Source: a virus (taxonomy: Duplodnaviria; Caudoviricetes). From it: DNA of 33,229 bases. Where the stretch lies: the IMG/VR virus record IMGVR_UViG_3300010361_000025, positions 1 through 33,229 of that record; one strand, 5' to 3'. The notes beneath the pieces are model-generated. The model searched no databases. It was given only the letters and a program-made list of their open reading frames with translations, and was not told the DNA's origin. Below are positions 7,310 to 15,874 of this stretch, piece after piece (the stretch's first letter is position 1; every line of letters begins with the position of its first letter). Made by a program: the position numbers and the translations under genes.

Positions 7310-7383
7310 GACGGCGACGGCCATCCGCAAGAGGTTGCTCCCTCCCGGTCATGGTCGTCGCCGTCTACAAACAAGGAGGTTGT
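7310..7383 (+). promoter_or_regulatory. Intergenic RNA structure: 15-bp stem followed by an RBS in a mini-hairpin
   Basis: 7310-7324 pairs with 7351-7365 (one G-U). The loop contains CCTCC. Downstream ACAA-GGAGG-TTGT. Confidence 0.6.
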
Positions 7384-7692
7384 ATGGCTAGGAAGGGCGC
7401 AGGCCCGAAGCCAGGGAAGCCAACTTCCAAGGCAAAGGGCGTCACAAAGAACCCGAAGTTCAAGGGCGCACCGGCCGCACAGGTCGGCTCCAGCTCTAGC
7501 TCCGGGATGAACGTCGGTGGTCGGACGGACAGACAAGTCCGGACGGCTGTCGCAGCCCAGGGCGCGATGCTTCACAAGCAGCTCGCGTCGAACAAGAGCA
7601 CCGGCATGAAGGTTCCCGGCATGAAGACTCCGGGCAAGGTCGGTAGCTCGAACGGCCGTAAGGAAGGCAAGGTCAGAAAGCCCGGTGGGTAA
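7384..7692 (+). CDS. Lys/Gly-rich basic protein 1 (102 aa)
   Basis: ATG after AAGGAGG; hand count 16 K, 6 R, 2 acidic residues. Confidence 0.8.
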   Translation: MARKGAGPKPGKPTSKAKGVTKNPKFKGAPAAQVGSSSSSGMNVGGRTDRQVRTAVAAQGAMLHKQLASNKSTGMKVPGMKTPGKVGSSNGRKEGKVRKPGG

Positions 7693-7841
7693 TGCCGAAG
7701 GCGACGAGTAAGCAACAGCAAAAGTTCTTCTGGGGCGTACTCGTCCCATCGGGCAAGATGACCCAAGCCGAGGCCAAAAAGCGGAGCGCGAAGGGCAAGG
7801 CGTACAAGAAACTGCCCACTCGCGTGAAGAAGGGAAAGTGA
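7692..7841 (+). CDS. Lys-rich basic microprotein 2 (49 aa), absent from the ORF track
   Basis: TAATG/TGATG coupled; MPKATSKQQQKFFWGVLVPSGKMTQAEAKKRSAKGKAYKKLPTRVKKGK. Confidence 0.8.
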   Translation: MPKATSKQQQKFFWGVLVPSGKMTQAEAKKRSAKGKAYKKLPTRVKKGK

Positions 7842-7960
7842 TGGCCGCCAAGAACACAAAGAAGAAGCCACCGGGTGGCAAGCCAAAGGTGCCGTTCGGC
7901 GGCAAAAAGGCTGCTCCCTTCGCGAAGGGTGGCGGCCGGGTGAAGAAGGGGCCACAGTAA
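7841..7960 (+). CDS. Lys-rich basic microprotein 3 (39 aa), absent from the ORF track
   Basis: TGATG/TAATG coupled; MAAKNTKKKPPGGKPKVPFGGKKAAPFAKGGGRVKKGPQ, with no acidic residues. Confidence 0.78.
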   Translation: MAAKNTKKKPPGGKPKVPFGGKKAAPFAKGGGRVKKGPQ

Positions 7961-8157
7961 TGGCCGCCTCCAAGAAGAGTAAGGCTCATCCCGGCTTCAA
8001 AGCTGTGCAAGCCAAGATCGCCGCGAAGCAGGGGATCAGCAAGGATCGTGCTGGGGCGATCCTCGCTAAGAGCAGTCGCAATGCCAGCGCCGCAGCAAAG
8101 AAGGCCAATCCCCGGCTGAAGAAGGTGGCGATGCCCAAGAAGAAGGCCAAGAAATGA
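7960..8157 (+). CDS. Lys/Ala-rich basic protein 4 (65 aa)
   Basis: Coupled on both sides; HPGFKAVQAKIA...AGAILA...NPRLKKV; hand count 17 K, 3 R, 1 D. Confidence 0.82.
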   Translation: MAASKKSKAHPGFKAVQAKIAAKQGISKDRAGAILAKSSRNASAAAKKANPRLKKVAMPKKKAKK

Positions 8158-9605
8158 AGTTCAAGTGGCTGATTAGGGCATCGTCTGCTCCAGAGATCGG
8201 CGTTCCGCACAAGGGGGATGACGGTCTCTGGCGCGTTGACAACGTACCGATCTGCACCACTGGGATCGAGTACCCGCTCGCCAGTGGCCCTCATACGTTC
8301 ACCGAATCCGAACTCGCGGATGCAGTCAAGGCCGCGAGCGGCCAGGACATCGCGATCAACCCGCCTCGGATCAAGCTCGGGCATGCCTCGAAGGCCAACG
8401 AGCTGTTCCTGGGTGAAGACGAGCCTGCGTTCGGACGTGTCGAGGGCATGAAGCTGAGTGAGAACAGTCAGACAATCCTCGGAACGTACGTCGGTACACC
8501 GGAATGGTTGGCGAAGGTTCTGCCGGTCGCCTATCCCAGCCGCTCCGTTGACGCGCAGCTCGACGTATCGACCGCCACCGGCAAGAAGTACGAAATGGTG
8601 ATCACGGACGTATCTCTGCTCGGGATCACCTGGCCGGGATGCTCGACCCTGGAGGATCTGCCACTTTGGTATGGGTCGGACACCCCGGAGGCGGTCGAAA
8701 TCACCGCTTCTGTCGATGTCTCCGCCATCCGGTCGAAGTTCTACAACGAAGGCCCAGGGATGGGGAACATGAAGTCATGGATCAGAGGCGAGCGATTCGA
8801 CACTGTTCAGGGTTACACCCTCATTGTGGATGAGGGCGACGGCAACCTCAGCCGCGTTCCCGTCACAGTCGAAGACAATGAGGTGCACTTCGGTGACGCT
8901 GTTCCCGTCGTGGAGGAGTTCACCGACAAGGTGGCAGCGGCTTCGGCCGTTCTCGCCGGGATGAAGATGGCAGATCCCGCCATGGTCATCCACGCTTCCA
9001 AAGAAGAGACGAAAGGAGAGGCAATGGATGAGGAGCTTCGCCAGAGCCTTGCCAAGCGCCTCGGTCTGGCCGACGATGCAACAGAAGACCAGATCAAGGT
9101 CGAGTTGGCGAAGCCTGTGAACGAAGATCCGCCTGGAGAGCCAGAGCCTGGCGAGCCGCCGGCACCTGGTGATCCCGAGCCTGGTGAGCCCGCTCCGACG
9201 GGTGAGCCGGCAGAGGTCAGCGCAACGGTCACCCTCGACCGAACGACGTATGACCAGCTCAAGCGCGGTGCCGAACTGGCCGTCAAGCACGAAGGCGACC
9301 AGATCACCGCGCGCATCAAGGACACCGTCGAGGCGGCTGTCATGGATGGTCGGATCCCGCCTGCTCGTCGCGAGCACTGGACGAAGGCGTTGGAGGCCGA
9401 TTACGACGGCACCAAGACCGTAATCGACGGTCTGGAGCGCGGACTGGTGCCACTTACCGCTCGCGGGTCTGGTGGCCCCGGCGGTGAGGACAACGTGGGG
9501 AATGGTCAGGGCGAGGGTCTGCCCGAAGACTGGTTCCCCGAGATCAAGACGATCCGGGCCCAGGCCAGCACGGATCGCCGCGTCGTCAACGCCAAGGAGG
9601 GATAG
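8154..9605 (+). CDS. Capsid maturation protease-scaffold fusion (Mu gpI-like)
   Basis: Between portal and capsid genes. N-terminal IKLGH...PAFGRV...YPSRSV...VSLLG..PG protease pattern; C-terminal AVMDGRIPPARREHW scaffold motif. Confidence 0.8.
   Translation: MKFKWLIRASSAPEIGVPHKGDDGLWRVDNVPICTTGIEYPLASGPHTFTESELADAVKAASGQDIAINPPRIKLGHASKANELFLGEDEPAFGRVEGMKLSENSQTILGTYVGTPEWLAKVLPVAYPSRSVDAQLDVSTATGKKYEMVITDVSLLGITWPGCSTLEDLPLWYGSDTPEAVEITASVDVSAIRSKFYNEGPGMGNMKSWIRGERFDTVQGYTLIVDEGDGNLSRVPVTVEDNEVHFGDAVPVVEEFTDKVAAASAVLAGMKMADPAMVIHASKEETKGEAMDEELRQSLAKRLGLADDATEDQIKVELAKPVNEDPPGEPEPGEPPAPGDPEPGEPAPTGEPAEVSATVTLDRTTYDQLKRGAELAVKHEGDQITARIKDTVEAAVMDGRIPPARREHWTKALEADYDGTKTVIDGLERGLVPLTARGSGGPGGEDNVGNGQGEGLPEDWFPEIKTIRAQASTDRRVVNAKEG
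9024..9605 (+). CDS. Nested in-frame scaffolding protein (internal start)
   Basis: AAAGGAG at 9012-9018 before an in-frame ATG at 9024 (MDEELRQSLAKRLGL...); PGEP-repeat linker; analogous to Mu I/Z. Confidence 0.65.
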   Translation: MDEELRQSLAKRLGLADDATEDQIKVELAKPVNEDPPGEPEPGEPPAPGDPEPGEPAPTGEPAEVSATVTLDRTTYDQLKRGAELAVKHEGDQITARIKDTVEAAVMDGRIPPARREHWTKALEADYDGTKTVIDGLERGLVPLTARGSGGPGGEDNVGNGQGEGLPEDWFPEIKTIRAQASTDRRVVNAKEG

Positions 9606-9608
9606 TTC

Positions 9609-10067
9609 GTGGCCAACGATCTCATCCCATACAAGCGATTCGGTGACGACATCACCGGATACGCGACTGCCGCCATCACCGGCAAGCGCTGCGTTCAGAT
9701 CGCAGCTGCGAAGCCGGTAGGTGAGAAGGCCGAAGGCAATCCTGGGCTGCTCGCTTCGGGTACGCCGACCGGCGGTGGCGGTACATACCGCGTCGCACAC
9801 CCTTCAGGTGCCGGCGCGAACGGAGGCGCTGCCAAGATGATCTTTGGCGTCGCCAAGTACGACCAGCCGACCATCGGAAAGCTCGTGGGAATCATCCGCG
9901 AGGGGATCGTGCCAATCACCACTTCGGCGGCGATCACGGCTGGGCAACTCGTCCAGGTCGCTGCAGACGGAACGATTGTGCCGGTCTCGACCGGCGTTGC
10001 AATCGGAACCGCTTGCGACGACGCAGCCAGCGGGGCGGACGCAGAAGTCGCCCTGTTCATCAGCTAG
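9609..10067 (+). CDS. Capsid cement/decoration protein (DUF2190-like)
   Basis: Small Gly/Ala-rich protein before the MCP; GVAKYD, GIVPIT.SAAITAGQLVQVAADG, AIGTA motifs. Confidence 0.75.
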   Translation: MANDLIPYKRFGDDITGYATAAITGKRCVQIAAAKPVGEKAEGNPGLLASGTPTGGGGTYRVAHPSGAGANGGAAKMIFGVAKYDQPTIGKLVGIIREGIVPITTSAAITAGQLVQVAADGTIVPVSTGVAIGTACDDAASGADAEVALFIS

Positions 10068-10079
10068 AGGGGAGGGGAC

Positions 10080-11069
10080 ATGGAAAGCAGAGTCAAACTG
10101 GCCGAAGACATCGTCTGGGTTCCGGGACAGCCGGGCATCACTCGGGCGAGGGAGGCCATCGAGGCGTCCACGTATCCCAACCCTGTAGCTCACCCGCTCG
10201 GCCCTCCGACGGTGAGCGGTACGACAATCACGATGGACATCGCGCTGAACGCTCCGACGCGGATCACCCGAACGCTGATGGATCTCACGCTTCAGAGGTT
10301 CTTTGCAGATCGGGTGTTCACTTCGTCGGGTGGCGTCACCGGCGGTGCCGTCGTCTACGATCAGCTGCTGGCCAACGATCTGTACTCGGATCGTGACATC
10401 CAGCGCGTTGCTCCCGGTGACGAGTTCCCGCTCGTGACCAGTTCGCGCAGGGTGCCGGCAGTCGCGGAAGTGGAGAAATGGGGCGGCAAGTTCTTCGTCA
10501 CGGTCGAAGCTCGCGACCGCAACGACGTAGCCGTCTTCACCCGAAACGTCCGCATGCTCGCGAACACCATCGTCCGCAAGATCAACCAGCGGGCGGTCGA
10601 GGTCTTGGAGGCTGCCGTGCAGGCGTCTCCGAACCGCCTCGTCACCGGCGTCAACTGGGCAACCGTCGTCACGGCGGGCGCTTCGGCGTCGAACTCCAAC
10701 CTGTGGCCTGGGTACGACTTCAGCCGTGCGCAGGCTCAAGCCGAGACCGAGGAGCTGGGGATCGTGTACGATCTCTGGATCCTCAACCCGCAGGAGTACC
10801 TGCAGCTGGCCCGCATCTACGGGCCGGATCTGAACAACCTGCTCGCTTCGCTCAACCTGGCGATCTTCGTGACGAACCGCGTGCCTGCGGGCAACGCCTA
10901 CGTCGTGCAGTCCGGTCAGGTCGGGCAGATGCGCACCGAGCAGCCGCTGCAGACCACGCAGTGGTACGAGCAGGAGACGGAGCGGTTCTGGACGCAGAGC
11001 AGTGTCCGGCCGTTGATGTTCGCGGACAACCGCTTCGCCGTACTCAAGTTCACCAACCTCGCCGGGTAA
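10080..11069 (+). CDS. Major capsid protein
   Basis: 329 aa, strong RBS, strongly biased codon usage, position after scaffold and cement; VAPGDEFP, VEKWGGKF, ARDRND motifs. Confidence 0.88.
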   Translation: MESRVKLAEDIVWVPGQPGITRAREAIEASTYPNPVAHPLGPPTVSGTTITMDIALNAPTRITRTLMDLTLQRFFADRVFTSSGGVTGGAVVYDQLLANDLYSDRDIQRVAPGDEFPLVTSSRRVPAVAEVEKWGGKFFVTVEARDRNDVAVFTRNVRMLANTIVRKINQRAVEVLEAAVQASPNRLVTGVNWATVVTAGASASNSNLWPGYDFSRAQAQAETEELGIVYDLWILNPQEYLQLARIYGPDLNNLLASLNLAIFVTNRVPAGNAYVVQSGQVGQMRTEQPLQTTQWYEQETERFWTQSSVRPLMFADNRFAVLKFTNLAG

Positions 11070-11078
11070 GGAGGGGAG

Positions 11079-11609
11079 ATGACAGAACTACACGGAATCG
11101 ACCCCACCGCCAAAGAGTCGGAGGGGTACGAAACGCCCGAGGAGTACAGCGGGCAAGGTGACGACCGGATCATTCGCAACCTGCGGTTCCTGTACACCGT
11201 CCAGAGCGAGGATCCGACCGGCACGACCGTCATCGAGCCGCGTGAAGCCCTCATGGGCGAGACGGTCACGTTGGAGCAGATCGGTCTCATCGCCCAGATG
11301 AAGGGCGAAACGTCTCACGCGTTCTTCACCGATGAGGAGCGCGAACGGATCGAGGCCGGACAAAACCCTGATCAGCCGCTCTCGTCCGGATCGGGCGGCG
11401 ACGTCAACTCGATGGGCGAGTACGAGTTGGCCGAGTACATCAAGGGTGCGAACCCCGAAGGCAAGGAGCTGACGGTGCAGCAGACGGTCGATCTGGCCGG
11501 CACCGACAAGGATCTTGCGCATCGCATCCTGCAAGCAGAGAACATCGCTACCGATGGCGAGCCTCGGAAGGGCGTCGAGGCAGGCCTGACTTCGATCATC
11601 GAGGGCTAG
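11079..11609 (+). CDS. Hypothetical acidic protein following the MCP
   Basis: AAGGAGG RBS; C-terminal helical ILQAE...PRKGVEAGL motif. Confidence 0.75.
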   Translation: MTELHGIDPTAKESEGYETPEEYSGQGDDRIIRNLRFLYTVQSEDPTGTTVIEPREALMGETVTLEQIGLIAQMKGETSHAFFTDEERERIEAGQNPDQPLSSGSGGDVNSMGEYELAEYIKGANPEGKELTVQQTVDLAGTDKDLAHRILQAENIATDGEPRKGVEAGLTSIIEG

Positions 11610-11612
11610 GCC

Positions 11613-12026
11613 ATGTCGGACGAGTACAAGGCTCTGACGTATGTGAACCTCCCGTTCCTGGATGGGAACGGGAGGACATACGTTCCAGGGCAGATGATTC
11701 CGGCCGATGCGTTCGAGGAGTCGGCGGATCTGGCCGTGGGTGCAATGCCGGAGCACGACAATCCGGTCTCGGCCGAAGACATGATCGACGCTCTCATGCA
11801 GTACGGTTCGATCAGCGATGACGCAAGCGCGGACATTCACCCCGCTCACATCGCTGTCGATCCCGGAGCGCCGACGGTCTACGGTCTCGCTCAGCAAGCC
11901 AAGCAGCTCGTCGGTCAGTACGAAGCCGAGGGCAAGGAAGTGCCTCCTGAGTTGGAGGTCTTCGCCGAAGCCATCCAGAACATCCAGTCGGAAGATGCTG
12001 GCGCAGGTGGTGACAAGAATGCGTAA
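11613..12026 (+). CDS. Hypothetical acidic virion-associated protein
   Basis: In-operon ORF with phage-like codon usage. Confidence 0.7.
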   Translation: MSDEYKALTYVNLPFLDGNGRTYVPGQMIPADAFEESADLAVGAMPEHDNPVSAEDMIDALMQYGSISDDASADIHPAHIAVDPGAPTVYGLAQQAKQLVGQYEAEGKEVPPELEVFAEAIQNIQSEDAGAGGDKNA

Positions 12027-12594
12027 CGGAACCACACTCTGGATCTGCGAGAAATGGAGTGAGGAGGCATGCGAGTTCACTCGCAAGCGTCTCGGGTACT
12101 TCGACGGCGCTGTTCCATCCTCCGCGCTCCGAGAGGTCATCGGCGATCCCGAGGAGTGCTTGGAAATCTACGGCAACCTGCTTCTCAACGAGGGCATCCA
12201 GCGGATGCAGGACATGACGATGATCGCCACCGTTCTGTCCAATCAGGTTGGATCGAACCCGTGGACAAACTCCAACGCATTCCTCGGCGTCGGTGACAGC
12301 TTCACTCCAGAGGCGGCGACGCAGACCGAACTCCAGGCTGCGTCCAACCGCTTCTACAAGGCAATGAACGCGACGTACCCGTCACGTTCGAATCAGACCG
12401 TCTCGTTCCAGTCAGACTTCGTGACAAGTGAAGCGAACTTCACCTGGTCGGAATGGACGGTCGCAGCCGGAGCTACGTCGGCATCTGGTGCGGGGTTCCT
12501 CAACGGTACGACGAACCTCCAACGGAAGGTCGCCGCGCTCGGAACGAAGGCGTCAGGGACATGGACGCTCACGGCGCAAGTCACGTTCTCGTGA
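12019..12594 (+). CDS. Putative structural adaptor, resembling fibre-attachment (collar) domains
   Basis: ATG 12019 after AGGTGG. GNLLLNEG...LGVGDS..EAATQTELQ...F.TSEANFTWSEW...RKV..LGTK...WTLTAQVTFS resembles beta-sandwich fibre N-terminal domains. Confidence 0.55.
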   Translation: MRNGTTLWICEKWSEEACEFTRKRLGYFDGAVPSSALREVIGDPEECLEIYGNLLLNEGIQRMQDMTMIATVLSNQVGSNPWTNSNAFLGVGDSFTPEAATQTELQAASNRFYKAMNATYPSRSNQTVSFQSDFVTSEANFTWSEWTVAAGATSASGAGFLNGTTNLQRKVAALGTKASGTWTLTAQVTFS

Positions 12595-12632
12595 GGAGGG
12601 TGGGGCAGCCCACCGGCTGCCCCTAGCCTCCT
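12594..12632 (+). promoter_or_regulatory. Hairpin filling the intergenic gap before the long fibre gene
   Basis: AGGAGG (12594-12599) pairs with CCTCCT (12627-12632); inner stem GGGGCAGCC-CACC-GGCTGCCCC. Confidence 0.65.
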
Positions 12633-15600
12633 ATGCCGGCCACAACTACAAATCACGCGATTCCGTATCCCCTCGGTACGGATCCGCCCTCTGTCGCCAC
12701 CGACATGCAGGCGATGGCGCAGAAGCTCGACACAGAGGTACCGCTCCCGAATGTCCCCAATGGGTACGTCCGGCTCGACGGATCTAGCAACATAGCACTG
12801 GCCGCCGCTCAGAGGATCATCTGGGCTGGCGACACGAACTTGTATAGATCTGGCGCTAATCAGCTCAAGACTGACAACCAGTTCTACGTAGGATCTCAGT
12901 TCTCGGTCTCGGGTGGGATTGTCTCCACCACCGGCCCGTACTACGTTGCCGCCTCTGGTACGGCGCAGCAGACCGTGATTGGAGACGTTTCTCTCTGGAC
13001 GCCTGGGAGCGTTCATGCGGGCGGTGTCACCTTCGGAAGCTCGGTGTTCTATCAATCGGCGTCCGGAATCATGACGTTGACCGGGATTCTGCTTACGGTC
13101 GGAGGCTATCAAGCTACTCAGCTCGCCAACGTAGGTTACAGTGCGTTCGTAGCCCAAGTTGCTGGTGACGCTTACGCGAGATTCTTCGTAGGTGCTGATG
13201 GTAAGATCAACTGGGGATCAGGTGCGGCATCAGCCGACACCTATCTGGCTCGGATCGGAGTGAACTACCTTTCAACTGGCGGTGCAATACAGGCACTTCA
13301 GGGATTCAACGCGAACGCGATGAGCGGGCCTGGGCAGAGTGCGTTCCAGGCAGCTGTGAGCGGAGACACAGCTGATCGTTTCTTCATCCGTGGGGATGGG
13401 TATCACGCTTGGGGGCCAGGGAATGCGGCGGTTGATACTTCCTTGTATCGTTCGTATACCAATCAGTTGTTCACTCCTGGTTCGTTTCTGTCACAGGGCG
13501 GCTTCAACGCATACCAGATGGCTGCCGCCGGCAACTATGCCTTCACCGTTGCAGTCACCGGAGATACGCAGCAGCGGTTCATTCTGACTGCGTCTGGTGG
13601 GATGTACTGGGGGCCAGGTGGGAGTACAGGTTGGGACACAAACCTGACTCGAAGTGGCGTCAACTCTCTGTACACGCAGGGAGTTCTTCAGGTTGGTTCG
13701 AACATCTACGGAAGCGCGCCTGTCGTCGCGAACTACAACATCGCGAGCCAGGTTGGCATGGGATACAACTACGGCACAGGACTGGCTGCAGCAGCGATCT
13801 CATTCGGCAGCCCATACGACACCAACCTGTACCGGACATCGGCTGGGAACCTTCAGACTGATGGCGGTTTTTACGCAAAAGGAAATATTGGGAGCTATCA
13901 GACCGTCTCGAACATCCTCACCGGAGTTGGCTTTGATGTAGGTGGTGCATCGTCGCCTTGGACGTATACATCGCTCTGGTATGACACCGTAAACAACATC
14001 GCGAAAGTCGGATCACTCTCGGGTGGTGTGGCATGGCGCAACGTCTTCGTAGGTTGGGGCAATAGCACGCTCACGAATACGATTTACTTTTGCACCAACA
14101 ATGCGATCGGTTTTGATACGAACCTGTACCGCTTGTCGGCAGGGATCCTCAAGAGTGACGGTTACTTCGTATCTGCCGTTGGGTTCGAGACACAGAGGGC
14201 AGCGGGAGGAGAAGCGTTCGGCGCTAGACTGAATGCGGATACAAACCTTCGCTTTCAGATCGACACGAACGGTCTGATTTCGTGGGGGCCAGGAAATGCA
14301 GCGGCTGATGTAAACCTGCAGAGGATTAGCTCTGGTCTGATAGGCACCAATAGCTTTTGGGTCGGTACCAATCAGTACTTCGGGAGTGATACCGGGACGA
14401 TCTTTTTCGGGTCTGCGAGCGATTGCAGCATCTCTCGCTGGGGAGTCAAGGTCATTCAGGTTTCCGCACTTCTTATGGCGCCAGGAGTATATGGGTCAAA
14501 CACATCTGGCCCGGTAGGGATTTCAGCCGGAGCGTATACCGGCTACGGATCGGTGGGTCTCTACGGGAATACCGATAACGCTGCGAATGCCTGGATTACT
14601 CATAACGCCTACTTTCAGTCAACTGCTGGTGCTGGCAATATGCTATGGAACGCTACGCATTCCTCGTTTGGCTCGCGGGCGATCCTGTTCGGGTTCACGA
14701 CCGGGATCACGTTCTACGCTGACGCCAACCCGGCGACTGCCGGAGCTACTGTTACTCCTACGCGCCGCTTCAACATTGGTAACGGCGGCAACATTGTCAT
14801 CGATCCAGACCTTCTGAATACTGCGACTCTCTGCTTCGGTGGGGACGGTCTTACTTACCTCAACCGTTCTGCAAACAATCTCAACCTGGGGCCATCCGCT
14901 TCTCTCAACATAGCGCATAACGTCGCGAACCAGACTGCGCTTCAAATCCAAAATCTAGCTAGCAACGGGTACTACCTCGCGTTCAAGCGCGGCTCTGACT
15001 CAACGAACGTCTTCATCATGTCGAATGACGGGCGTATGGTCTGGAGTGCTGGTGGAGGAAGCGCGCAGGATACGAACCTGTATCGCGGCGGCGCAGGGAT
15101 TCTCATGACGGATGGTTTGTTCTCCGTCGGATCTATCAAAAGTCTTGCTTATGGAACAAGCTTCCCAGCAAGTCCAGGCGATGGACAGGAGTTCACGCTC
15201 GTTGATTCTCTTACCGCTCCCAACTATATTTGGCGCTTCCGGTACAACGCTGGATCGACTTGGGCGCAGAAGTGGGAGTTCATCGGCGGCTCGCCGTTCC
15301 TTCTGAGAATGAATGACGGCCCAGGCGTCTCGGGGTGGGTAGGACTAACTCCGACATGGGCAGCTATCAGAGCTGGAGTCTACAATGTGATATCAACCTG
15401 TAGATTTGTTTCTCCGAGCGCGGCAGGATTGTTTGGAGTCGCTATCGCTGTCAATGGTGCACTAAGTGGTTACCAGCAGCATTCTCAGTCCGCCGGAGGG
15501 AACTGCTGGATTTCTATTACGCAGGAAGATCAGATTGTTCCTGCCGCTGGCAATACAGTAGGAATGCTTGGGTACTCAGGTAATGGTGATGGTCAAGCAA

Positions 15601-15641
15601 GTTCTCGTTCTATGATGATCACACCACTTCGACTTCAATAG
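12633..15641 (+). CDS. Long fibre/receptor-binding protein (1002 aa) with DTNLYR repeats
   Basis: N-terminal fibre anchor TTTNHAIPYP..TD...DMQAMAQKLD; about 10 DTNLYR-type repeats; Gly/Ser/Asn/Thr-rich beta composition. Confidence 0.8.
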   Translation: MPATTTNHAIPYPLGTDPPSVATDMQAMAQKLDTEVPLPNVPNGYVRLDGSSNIALAAAQRIIWAGDTNLYRSGANQLKTDNQFYVGSQFSVSGGIVSTTGPYYVAASGTAQQTVIGDVSLWTPGSVHAGGVTFGSSVFYQSASGIMTLTGILLTVGGYQATQLANVGYSAFVAQVAGDAYARFFVGADGKINWGSGAASADTYLARIGVNYLSTGGAIQALQGFNANAMSGPGQSAFQAAVSGDTADRFFIRGDGYHAWGPGNAAVDTSLYRSYTNQLFTPGSFLSQGGFNAYQMAAAGNYAFTVAVTGDTQQRFILTASGGMYWGPGGSTGWDTNLTRSGVNSLYTQGVLQVGSNIYGSAPVVANYNIASQVGMGYNYGTGLAAAAISFGSPYDTNLYRTSAGNLQTDGGFYAKGNIGSYQTVSNILTGVGFDVGGASSPWTYTSLWYDTVNNIAKVGSLSGGVAWRNVFVGWGNSTLTNTIYFCTNNAIGFDTNLYRLSAGILKSDGYFVSAVGFETQRAAGGEAFGARLNADTNLRFQIDTNGLISWGPGNAAADVNLQRISSGLIGTNSFWVGTNQYFGSDTGTIFFGSASDCSISRWGVKVIQVSALLMAPGVYGSNTSGPVGISAGAYTGYGSVGLYGNTDNAANAWITHNAYFQSTAGAGNMLWNATHSSFGSRAILFGFTTGITFYADANPATAGATVTPTRRFNIGNGGNIVIDPDLLNTATLCFGGDGLTYLNRSANNLNLGPSASLNIAHNVANQTALQIQNLASNGYYLAFKRGSDSTNVFIMSNDGRMVWSAGGGSAQDTNLYRGGAGILMTDGLFSVGSIKSLAYGTSFPASPGDGQEFTLVDSLTAPNYIWRFRYNAGSTWAQKWEFIGGSPFLLRMNDGPGVSGWVGLTPTWAAIRAGVYNVISTCRFVSPSAAGLFGVAIAVNGALSGYQQHSQSAGGNCWISITQEDQIVPAAGNTVGMLGYSGNGDGQASSRSMMITPLRLQ

Positions 15642-15649
15642 GAGGGAGC

Positions 15650-15874
15650 ATGAGTCAATACCGTCCGTACAAGTTTCTCGTCATCCCTGTGATCCAGGAA
15701 GTAGACGATGACGGGGTTGTTATCAGCGAGGCTTCACCCGAGCAGCCGGTGCCGGTGTTTGGGATCGACGGGCTGCATAGGTTTGCCGATGGGTTCGAAG
15801 CGGATCTGATCGCGAAGACACCGCAGAACGGATCCGGCATCATTACTCCCAGCCGAGAGATCATTCGCCCGTAA
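15650..15874 (+). CDS. Small protein, possible fibre chaperone
   Basis: GGAGG RBS; directly follows the fibre gene. Confidence 0.65.
   Translation: MSQYRPYKFLVIPVIQEVDDDGVVISEASPEQPVPVFGIDGLHRFADGFEADLIAKTPQNGSGIITPSREIIRP

Noticed and set aside
9126-9215. PGEP-coding repeats as an independent DNA repeat element
   Set aside because: In-frame low-complexity linker in the scaffold with synonymous variation; protein-level only.
8775-12140. Long minus-strand ORFs (8775..9800, 9804..10739, 11088..12140)
   Set aside because: Antisense shadows of GC-rich, codon-biased structural genes; no recognisable motifs.
15153-15641. Diversity-generating retroelement target in the fibre tip
   Set aside because: No reverse transcriptase and no near-identical template repeat with adenine-specific differences in this window; similarity to the spike tip is protein-level only.
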